NCBI GenBank assembly: GCA_040218735.1
Contig: JAVJQW010000007.1
Coordinates: 1 to 64,000, forward strand
From: Deltaproteobacteria bacterium
Lineage (GTDB): Bacteria > Myxococcota > Kuafuiibacteriia > Kuafuiibacteriales > Kuafuiibacteriaceae
DNA length: 64,000 bases
Direction of reading: 5' to 3'
In this document: positions 56,599 to 64,000 of the stretch, piece by piece
How the letters are laid out: every line of letters starts with the position of its first letter
Position numbering within the stretch: position 1 is the stretch's first letter
Translations under genes and position numbers: made by a program
The notes under the pieces: model-generated
The model's database searches: none
The model's input: the letters and a program-made list of their open reading frames with translations, nothing else
Told to the model about the DNA's origin: nothing

Positions 56599-59538
56599 CT
56601 AGCTCTGTGAAATCCTCGAGCCCATCACATCGGTGACGAGCTGCAACACCTGGTCGTAACGGAAAGGTTTCGCAACGACGAGGTCGACCCCCTTGGTCGA
56701 CAGCTCGTCTTCATCGATCGTCGAGCCCCACCCGGTGATCAGACCCACCGGGGTTCGCGGGCTCTTCGCCTTGATGCTCTGCGCCACCTCCCATCCGTTC
56801 ATGCCGGGCATTCCCAAGTCCGTGAAGACGACGTCGAACTGTCCGTCAGCGAACCGAGCGAGCCCTTCGGCACCGCTGCCCACTGCGACGACTTCATGCG
56901 CACCGGACCGGAGGATATCAGCGAGCACGTCCCTTACCGCAACGTCGTCGTCGATCACGAGAATTCTCGCTGCATTCGATGGGTTAGGCGACTCCTCCAG
57001 CTGGGGTAGGGGGGTCAGGCCCTCGTGGGGGCCGTAGGTCAGGTCGCCCTGCGTCATCGGGAGGAGGACGCGGATCGTGCTCCCCTGGCCCCGTTTCGAC
57101 CGCACGGCGATCTCTCCTTTGTGCCTTTGGACGATCCCGTACGACACCGACATCCCGAGCCCGGTGCCGCGCGTGCCCTTCGTCGTGAAGAACGGATCGA
57201 AGACCTTGTTCTTCGTCTCCTCGTCCATCCCGATGCCCGTGTCCTCGACCTCGAACCACGCGCGCTCGGCCTCCGCGTCCGTGCGGATCGCGAGTCGACC
57301 GCCGTGGGGCATCGCGTCGATCGCGTTGTGGATGAGGTTCGTCAGCACTTCGCGCAGCTCGGTCGCGTTGCCTTTTACGGGGCCGACCTCGCCGAGTGAC
57401 ACCTGAAGATCGATGTCGATGCCCATGTCGTTGACGCGGGTCGTCGTGAGGTCGACGGCGTCGCGGACGATCGGGTTGAGGTGCACTTCGACGAGCTCAC
57501 CCTCCGCCTTCTCCTTCGCAAACTCCTGGATGCGCCGCACGGTGCCGGCGCCGTCGAGCGCGGCCTTCTCGATCACCTTGAGCGACTTGCGCATCTCGGG
57601 GTCGCGGATCATCACGCGGAGCATCTGCGCGCGACCGAGGATCGCGGACAGCACGTTGTTGAAGTCGTGCGCGACGCCCGCGGCCATCTCGCCGAGGCTC
57701 TGCAGCTTCTCGCTGCGGACGAGGCGGTCCTTTGCGTCGCTCAGATCGCGATAGGCACCTTCGAGGTCGGAGAACACCCGCGCGTTCTTCAACGAGATCG
57801 CCATGTGCGCGGCGAGGTCGCCGAGGAGATCGAGGTCGCGCTGGCGGAACCGTTCGTCCGAGCTCACGACGAACACACCGACCGCGGCGTGGTCCGCGAC
57901 GATCGGCACCGCCGCCGACCACCACTTCACGTCGGGACCCGACGGGTGCTGCAGCTGCATCTTCCCCGGCTCCACCACCGCCACCTGCTTCGACTCGAGC
58001 GCGCGGCGGTACGGGCGGATCGTCTGCACGTCGATGGGCTCGTGCAGCCGAACGACGAGGTCCTCGCCCGGGGAGGGGCGGTCGATCGTGCGTACGCTCG
58101 CGTGGGTGTCGTCGCGGCGGAGGATGATCAGCGACGCGCGCCGGTAAGGCACCAACCGCTGCAGGCGTTCGCCGACGATCCGGAACACCCCCTCCACGTC
58201 CAGCGTCGACCCGATCGCACGCGCGATCTCCGAGAGCGCCTGCAGCCGGTCCACGCCCTCGCTCGCCTTCTTGTAGAGGCGGGCGTTCTCGATCGCGACC
58301 GCAATCTGTCTTGCGACCGCCGTGAATAGGCTGATGTCTTCTGGGAGGAACTGCCGCGGCTCGCGCGTGAACACCGTGACGACGCCCGAAGGTCGGTCGT
58401 GGCTGATCAGCGGGAGCGCGACGGCCGACCGGAAGCCCTCGTGCGACGCCGCGCCGTGTTGGATGCGCTCATCTTCGTGAATGTCTTCGATTCGCTGGAG
58501 CTCCCGCGTCACGAGCGCGAGCCCGAGCACGCCGTCCTCCGCGGTGCGCGTGCGCATCTCGCGGATGAACGTCTCACTCGCGCCGCGGCAGTGGACCGAC
58601 GCGAACTTCGTTCCGGCGTCGTCGAGGATCCAGATGCCGGCGGCGTCGACGCCGAGGAGCTCGATGAGCCGTTCGACGACGCCCTCCAGGATGGCGCCGA
58701 GGTCGCGCACCTCGGTGATCGCGGCGGCGACCGCGTTGAGCACCGACAGCTCGTGGTTCTTTCGGAGGAGGGTGCGCTCGTAGGCCTTGCGACCGGTGAT
58801 GTCGGTCGGGATGCCGAGCACGGCGGGCTCGCCGTCGAACTCGATGTACGAGACCGAGACCTCGAGGTCGAAGGTGCTCCCGTCCTTCCGTTGGCCGCGG
58901 AACTCGTAGCGCGTGGGGAGGGGTTGCTTCGAACGCAGCCGGCTGCGCTCGGCGACCATCGGCTGTGACTCGGGCGCGACGAGCCGGTCGTAGGACATCT
59001 GCGGCGCGAGGATCTCCGCCGTGGTGTAGCCGAAGAGCTCCGCGAAGCGCTGGTTCACGTAGCGGAAGCGATCGCCGACGAGGATGTAGAACGCGTCGTT
59101 GCTCCGCTCGACCAGACCGCGGAACTGGAGGTTTGCGTCGCGGAGCTGATCGTGGAGCGCCTGCGTGGCGATCGCGCGGTCGATGATCAGCGGGAGCGTG
59201 CGGTCCGACGCGCTGTTCTTCACGAGCACGTCGACGGCGCCGCGCTGCATCGCTTCGAGCGCGACGGTCTCGTCGAGGCGGTCGGTGATCATCACGACCG
59301 GCGGCGCCTCGGGTTCGAGGCGGATCTCGTCGAGCAGCGCGATGGCGTCCATCACGGCGTCGTCGAGGACGACGCCCGCGACGGGGTGGGTCGCGAGGTA
59401 GCGGATCGCTTCGTCGCCGGTGCTCACCGGGACGACCTGCATGTCCGGCACCTCGGCTTCGATCACTTCGATGGTGCGCGCACGATGGCCCGACTCGGCC
59501 TCGATCAGCAGGATCGTGCGTCGGCTGGTTTCGCTCAC
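56599..59538 (-). CDS. Hybrid histidine kinase (REC-PAS-GAF-GAF-HisKA-HATPase-REC)
   Basis: 'AHDFNN', 'NLIHNAIDAM', 'FFTTKGTRGTGLG' and REC domains at both termini. Confidence 0.94.
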   Translation of the reverse strand: MSETSRRTILLIEAESGHRARTIEVIEAEVPDMQVVPVSTGDEAIRYLATHPVAGVVLDDAVMDAIALLDEIRLEPEAPPVVMITDRLDETVALEAMQRGAVDVLVKNSASDRTLPLIIDRAIATQALHDQLRDANLQFRGLVERSNDAFYILVGDRFRYVNQRFAELFGYTTAEILAPQMSYDRLVAPESQPMVAERSRLRSKQPLPTRYEFRGQRKDGSTFDLEVSVSYIEFDGEPAVLGIPTDITGRKAYERTLLRKNHELSVLNAVAAAITEVRDLGAILEGVVERLIELLGVDAAGIWILDDAGTKFASVHCRGASETFIREMRTRTAEDGVLGLALVTRELQRIEDIHEDERIQHGAASHEGFRSAVALPLISHDRPSGVVTVFTREPRQFLPEDISLFTAVARQIAVAIENARLYKKASEGVDRLQALSEIARAIGSTLDVEGVFRIVGERLQRLVPYRRASLIILRRDDTHASVRTIDRPSPGEDLVVRLHEPIDVQTIRPYRRALESKQVAVVEPGKMQLQHPSGPDVKWWSAAVPIVADHAAVGVFVVSSDERFRQRDLDLLGDLAAHMAISLKNARVFSDLEGAYRDLSDAKDRLVRSEKLQSLGEMAAGVAHDFNNVLSAILGRAQMLRVMIRDPEMRKSLKVIEKAALDGAGTVRRIQEFAKEKAEGELVEVHLNPIVRDAVDLTTTRVNDMGIDIDLQVSLGEVGPVKGNATELREVLTNLIHNAIDAMPHGGRLAIRTDAEAERAWFEVEDTGIGMDEETKNKVFDPFFTTKGTRGTGLGMSVSYGIVQRHKGEIAVRSKRGQGSTIRVLLPMTQGDLTYGPHEGLTPLPQLEESPNPSNAARILVIDDDVAVRDVLADILRSGAHEVVAVGSGAEGLARFADGQFDVVFTDLGMPGMNGWEVAQSIKAKSPRTPVGLITGWGSTIDEDELSTKGVDLVVAKPFRYDQVLQLVTDVMGSRISQS

Positions 59539-60644
59539 GGGATGATCTGCGGCGTCGCGACGGAGAAGAGATAACCGGCCGTGCTGTTCGGGTCGTAGTC
59601 GTTGGTGAGTCCGGCGACGAACAGGCGCTGCACGGTCGCGCCGTCCACCGAGGCCATGAAGAAGCCGAGCGTGGGGAGGTCGCCGTTGACGTCGGTGATG
59701 AGGCCGTCGATGACCATGACCTCGTTGCGGAAGTAACCCGCCGACACCGGGAAGGTGCGGTGGAAGCCGCCGACCTGTTCGACGACCGGGAAGCCGACCT
59801 GCTGCGTGGAGATGGCTTCGATCAGACGCGCCTGCACGTTGTCCGGCGCGCCGCCGGTGAGCGAGAACTCGAGACCGTTCTGCGGGAGGATGATCGTGCC
59901 CGGGATCGGCCACGCGACGTGTTGCCCGAAGCAGCGATAGACCGTCTGCCCGACGGCGACGCCGGGCGCCTGGCAGACGTACGAACCCATCTTGGTGATC
60001 GGGTCGTGCAGCCAGATGCCGTAGGAGGTCGGGCCGCTCCCGCTGAGGGTGCGCGCGTCGAACTCACTCCACACGAGGCGGTAGGAGCGGTCCATCGGCT
60101 CGAAGCGCGGGGCGTCCTGCACGAAGCCTTCTTTTTCGATCAGGATGCGTGGGTCGCTGCCGTCGGCGTTGGCGACCATGATGTACGCCTGGGAGAAGCC
60201 GGTGTCGCCGATCGCTTGGTTGAGGTCCTCGCGGACCCACGCGACGAGCTGGCCGTCGAAGGACACCGCCGGGAGGGAGTCGACGAACCGCGTGCCGTCG
60301 GTGTCGCTGATTTGCCGGACGCGACCGTTGCGGTTGATGAGGAAGATGCCGTCGTCGCTGCGCGCGAACGCGATGCCGTTGCCGCCGGGTGAGACGGACG
60401 GCTGCCACTCGTTCCCTTGCGCCTCGGTCAGGCGGAACGCGGGTTGGGAGCCGATGTCGCCGGCGGCGGGGATGGGCGTGACGTACAGGTCGTACCCGTT
60501 GGAGGCCTGGATCGCGCGGGTGGCGAACACGACGCCCCCCGACAGCGAGGCGTACGGCTGGAGGATCTCGGTGTCGTCGAGGCCCGCCGCCTTCCCGCAT
60601 CCGGCGGCACCCGCGACGAGCGCGAGGATCGTGAGCACACGCAT
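59535..60644 (-). CDS. TolB-like/PD40 beta-propeller lipoprotein
   Basis: Lipobox 'AAGC', 'PSVSPGGNGIAF', 'PAVSFDGQLVAW' and 'ANADGSDPR'. Confidence 0.8.
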   Translation of the reverse strand: MRVLTILALVAGAAGCGKAAGLDDTEILQPYASLSGGVVFATRAIQASNGYDLYVTPIPAAGDIGSQPAFRLTEAQGNEWQPSVSPGGNGIAFARSDDGIFLINRNGRVRQISDTDGTRFVDSLPAVSFDGQLVAWVREDLNQAIGDTGFSQAYIMVANADGSDPRILIEKEGFVQDAPRFEPMDRSYRLVWSEFDARTLSGSGPTSYGIWLHDPITKMGSYVCQAPGVAVGQTVYRCFGQHVAWPIPGTIILPQNGLEFSLTGGAPDNVQARLIEAISTQQVGFPVVEQVGGFHRTFPVSAGYFRNEVMVIDGLITDVNGDLPTLGFFMASVDGATVQRLFVAGLTNDYDPNSTAGYLFSVATPQIIP

Positions 60645-60721
60645 CCGTACGGATCGTACCCGAGAACGAGCGCATCCGGCCACTTCGTGGGGGGTGCGGA
60701 GTTGGTGTAGGGTCCGCCGAC

Positions 60722-62191
60722 ATGACACGCGATTTGGTCCTCGCCATCGATCAGGGAACGACCGGAACGACCGTTTTGGCGGTCGACAAGACGCTCGAGG
60801 TGATCGCCAAGGAGAACCGCGAGTTCCGGCAGATCTACCCCAAACCCGGCTGGGTGGAGCACGACCTGGAGGACATCTGGGCCTCCACGGAGGCGACGCT
60901 CGCCGCGGTGCTCGCGCAGGTGGACGCAAACCGCATCGCCGCGATCGGCATCACGAACCAGCGCGAGACCGTCGGGCTGTGGGAGCGCGACACGAACAAG
61001 CCGATCCACAACGCGATCGTGTGGCAGTGCCGGCGCACCGCGGATCGGTGCAAGGCGCTCAAGGACGCGGGGCACGAGCCGCGCATTCGCAAGAAGACCG
61101 GCCTGGTGCTCGACCCGTACTTCTCCGGGACCAAGGCGGCGTGGCTCCTCGACGAGGTCGAGGGCGCGCGGAAGCGGGCGGAGGCGGGCGACCTCGCAGC
61201 GGGGACGATCGACACGTTCTTGGTGTGGCGGCTGACCGGCGGCGCGGCGCACGTGACCGACGTGTCGAACGCGTCGCGCACGATGTTGTGTGACCTCGCG
61301 ACGCTCGACTGGGACGACGAGCTGCTCGGCATCCTGAACGTGCCGCGCGCGATCCTCCCGTCGGTGCGCTCGTGCGCCGAAGTGTACGGCACGACGAAGG
61401 GCGTGAAGGGGCTGCCGGACGGCATCCCGATCGCGGGCATGGCGGGCGATCAGCAGGCGGCGCTCTTCGGCCAGGCGTGTTTCGTGCCGGGCGAGGTGAA
61501 GTGCACGTACGGGACGGGCGCGTTCATCCTCGTGAACACCGGCTCGGAGCTACACCACTCCTCGACGGGGATGCTCACCACCGTGGGCTGGCGCATCGGG
61601 GACGGCCAACCGACGTATGCGCTGGAGGGCGCGGTGTTCATCGCGGGCGCGGCGGTGCAGTGGCTGCGCGATGGGCTGGAGCTGTTCGACTCGGCGCCCC
61701 AGATCGAAGCGCTCGCGAAGTCGGTCCCGAACTCGGGTGACCTCGTGTTCGTCCCCGCCCTGACGGGGCTCGGCGCGCCGCACTGGAAGCCCGAGGCGCG
61801 CGGGTTGATCAGCGGCATCACGCGCGACACCACGAAGGCGCACCTCGCGCGCGCGACGCTCGAGGGCATCGCGCTTTCGTGCCACGAGGTCATCACCGCG
61901 ATGCAGCAGGAGACGGGGAAGCTCGCGCAGATCCGCGTGGACGGCGGCGCGGCGGCGAACGATCTGCTGATGCAGATCCAGGCCGACCTCGCGGGCACCG
62001 AAGTCGTGCGCCCGAAGATGCTCGAGACCACCGCCGCCGGCGCCGCGTTCCTCGCGGGCCTCGGCGCGGGCGTGTTCGAGTCGCAGGACGCGATCCGCGA
62101 GGCCTGGCGCGAGGACCGGAGGTTCACGCCGAACGCGGGGGCGGCGGATCACCTGTTGGAGAAGTGGAGGGCGGCGGTCCCGAAGGCCTAG
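60722..62191 (+). CDS. glpK: Glycerol kinase
   Basis: 'AIDQGTTG', 'GITNQRET', 'DPYFSGTK', 'GDQQAALFGQ', 'KCTYGTG' and 'ETTAAGAA'. Confidence 0.97.
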   Translation: MTRDLVLAIDQGTTGTTVLAVDKTLEVIAKENREFRQIYPKPGWVEHDLEDIWASTEATLAAVLAQVDANRIAAIGITNQRETVGLWERDTNKPIHNAIVWQCRRTADRCKALKDAGHEPRIRKKTGLVLDPYFSGTKAAWLLDEVEGARKRAEAGDLAAGTIDTFLVWRLTGGAAHVTDVSNASRTMLCDLATLDWDDELLGILNVPRAILPSVRSCAEVYGTTKGVKGLPDGIPIAGMAGDQQAALFGQACFVPGEVKCTYGTGAFILVNTGSELHHSSTGMLTTVGWRIGDGQPTYALEGAVFIAGAAVQWLRDGLELFDSAPQIEALAKSVPNSGDLVFVPALTGLGAPHWKPEARGLISGITRDTTKAHLARATLEGIALSCHEVITAMQQETGKLAQIRVDGGAAANDLLMQIQADLAGTEVVRPKMLETTAAGAAFLAGLGAGVFESQDAIREAWREDRRFTPNAGAADHLLEKWRAAVPKA

Positions 62192-62197
62192 CCGGCT

Positions 62198-62399
62198 GAC
62201 GAAGTCAGCCCGGCCCCTTGAACTTGAACTTGCCCTTACCCTTGCCCTCATGCGGCGAGCGGTTCTCGGAGAGATAAGAGGAAGCGGGGCCCGGGGAGGG
62301 TGCCTTCCGTTCATCCACTGAGTGGATTCAATCCCTTTCGCATCCAGGGCAAGGGTCAGTTCAAGTTCAAGTTCAAGTTCGGCCGGGGCCGACTTCGTC
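62198..62399. repeat. Imperfect ~57-61 bp inverted-repeat element with (TTGAAC)n hexamers and a central palindrome (MITE/REP-like)
   Basis: The left arm 62198-62254 and right arm 62339-62399 are imperfect reverse complements. ATCCACT-G-AGTGGAT lies at 62313-62327. Confidence 0.8.
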
Positions 62400-62409
62400 T
62401 GGCCCCGGC

Positions 62410-64000
62410 TCAGCGGTCGAAGAACACGCCGCCCATGTACCCCTTGTCGCGCAGCTCGATGAGGAGCTCGAGGTTCGGCTTCGTGTGCTGGCCCTTGAGC
62501 ACGTCGGCCCACGTCGGGGCGACGAGGTTGTAGTTGCCTCCGGTCGTCGTCCCCTTCACCGCGTGATGGATCGCGTGAATCTGCGACATCTTCGCCATCC
62601 ACTCGCTCTTCAGGAGCGGGCGTAGGAAGGCCGGCGCGTCCTCGATCACCTCGTTTGCGCGACCGTGCATCTTCGGGTGCAGCAGCGCAGGTCCGCCCGG
62701 CATCAGCAGGGAGGTGAGCCAGAAGATCGAGTGGAACGCGGCGCCGGGGCCCCCGCCTCCGCTCGCGCGTGCCGCGATCTCGGCGGCGGCGCTGAGACCG
62801 ACGAACAGCGGTGACTGCGCGACCCACCAAAAGAACATCTCGCGGGGCGGGAGCTTGAGGCCGTACGAGCTGTCTTCGAGCGCCTTTTGTGCCAGCGGCG
62901 ACTCGCGCTCCGCGATCTTCGCGTCCAGGCGCGCCTTGTCCTCGGGGCTGGCGAACTGGTCGGCGAACTGCCCGCGCCGGTAGGTCATGCCGTGGTGATA
63001 GCGGTGGTGCCGCGCGCCACGCTCCATCGGATGGGATAGGACCTTGGGGAGCGCGTCCTCGTACTTCGCGATGAGGCGATCCGTCGCGTGGTAGATGAAC
63101 TGGTGGAGGTTGCTCTCCGAGACCGACCACGCCGCCCAACCCAAGGAGAGCGCGGCGAGGCCCGGCGCGCCGGTCTTGGCGAAGGCGAGGGCGAGCATCG
63201 AGAGGCTCGCGAGGTGCCGCTGACCGAGGACGAAGTCCTCGCCGGGCGCCAGGTTCTCGAGCGCGGCGGCGCGTCCGCGGCGGACGTCCTGGAACGCACA
63301 CGCGTGGAATGAACGCGCCTCGGCGCCGGCCTTGCGGAGGACATTGCCGGGCAAGCGACGGTACGGCTCCTCCGGGTCGTGCGGCGTTCGAGTGAGCTGC
63401 GTCCAGCTCTTCGCGAGCATCGTTCGAACGGTCTGCTCGAGATCGGCAGCCTCGGGGTGACCTTCGAGCACGCCCCACCGCGCGAGGAAGAGGACGGCCG
63501 AGTGCTCTACGACGGTGAGCGGCTCCCGCGCTTGCTTCTTCTCCATGCCGTCGACCCAGGCTCGGATCGAGGCGATGGCGTCCACCGGCGGCGCGTCCTT
63601 CACCGCCTTGCGGACCTCGATAGCGCTCGTCAGCGCGGCGACGGCGTCGTCGGTCGATGCGCGCAACGACGCGCGTCCGGCGTCGTCCAGCTTCGGCGGC
63701 ACGAAGCTTTCGACCAGCTCCGCGGGCGCCTTGGCGAGGCGGACGAAGTCATCGAGCGTCACGTGTCTTGCGTTGCGAAGGACCCGGGCCGTCTTGCGCC
63801 CGTACTGCTCGGCGAACTGGCCTGCGACGCGAGAGGCGTTGGGGAAGTTCTCTGCCGCCGCCGTGAGGCCACGCTCGATCGGTTCCAGGGCTGCGCTCGC
63901 GATGCGACTGCGCTGCGCGGTCGCCGAGGGAGGCAACGGCTCGGACACGTCGACGGACGGCCGAACGTCGGGGCCGAGCGGCGGGGCGTTGCGGGTCGCT
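62410..64000 (-). CDS. Protein with a C-terminal fatty-acid hydroxylase/sterol desaturase-like di-iron domain; true start uncertain (GTG 63948 or beyond the window)
   Basis: His boxes 'ESNLHQFIYH', 'HHRYHH', 'HPKMH', 'HAIHH' and 'NYNLV', with TM segments. Confidence 0.7.
   Translation of the reverse strand, partial: ATRNAPPLGPDVRPSVDVSEPLPPSATAQRSRIASAALEPIERGLTAAAENFPNASRVAGQFAEQYGRKTARVLRNARHVTLDDFVRLAKAPAELVESFVPPKLDDAGRASLRASTDDAVAALTSAIEVRKAVKDAPPVDAIASIRAWVDGMEKKQAREPLTVVEHSAVLFLARWGVLEGHPEAADLEQTVRTMLAKSWTQLTRTPHDPEEPYRRLPGNVLRKAGAEARSFHACAFQDVRRGRAAALENLAPGEDFVLGQRHLASLSMLALAFAKTGAPGLAALSLGWAAWSVSESNLHQFIYHATDRLIAKYEDALPKVLSHPMERGARHHRYHHGMTYRRGQFADQFASPEDKARLDAKIAERESPLAQKALEDSSYGLKLPPREMFFWWVAQSPLFVGLSAAAEIAARASGGGGPGAAFHSIFWLTSLLMPGGPALLHPKMHGRANEVIEDAPAFLRPLLKSEWMAKMSQIHAIHHAVKGTTTGGNYNLVAPTWADVLKGQHTKPNLELLIELRDKGYMGGVFFDR

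Noticed and set aside
869-63478. Many long overlapping or antisense ORFs (e.g. 1155-3185, 15985-17409, 54877-56610, 61550-63478)
   Set aside because: Shadow frames caused by high GC and scarce stop codons. Each overlaps a gene with clear family motifs.
1-64000. tRNA, rRNA, transposase, integrase or prophage genes
   Set aside because: No cloverleaf, rRNA signature, DDE/tyrosine recombinase or phage structural motifs were seen by eye.

Overview
A very GC-rich, gene-dense bacterial window with about 50 real CDSs. Most ORF-track entries are shadow frames. The gene content suggests an uncultured Myxococcota/deltaproteobacterium (inference): DUF2330, a Ser/Thr kinase, calpains, Cys-rich lipoproteins, a roadblock protein and many hybrid kinases. 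The main finding is a translationally coupled kaiA3-like/kaiB/kaiC cluster (36902-39587). Its KaiA3-like protein has a degenerate pseudo-receiver, and the cluster sits inside a ~12.6 kb run of two-component genes. Upstream are a Cache/HAMP/PAS kinase with a FixL-like heme-PAS, an Rcp1-like regulator and a NarX/NarL-type pair. Downstream are two hybrid kinases and a DivK-like regulator, and a REC-GGDEF gene is divergent. Together these look like an input-oscillator-output module in a non-cyanobacterium. Other notable items: a SelW/Rdx selenoprotein (CxxU plus SECIS-like hairpin) missed by the ORF track; a 2.3 kaa SpvB/FG-GAP/RHS toxin-like protein; a TetR-sphingosine-1-phosphate lyase-M81 peptidase operon with twin operators; arsM-sigZ; an Omp85 paired with a kinase-fold lipoprotein; a nucleotidyltransferase-like/methyltransferase fusion; many apparent leaderless promoters; and a MITE/REP-like inverted-repeat element. 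No rRNA, tRNA, CRISPR array or transposase was seen.
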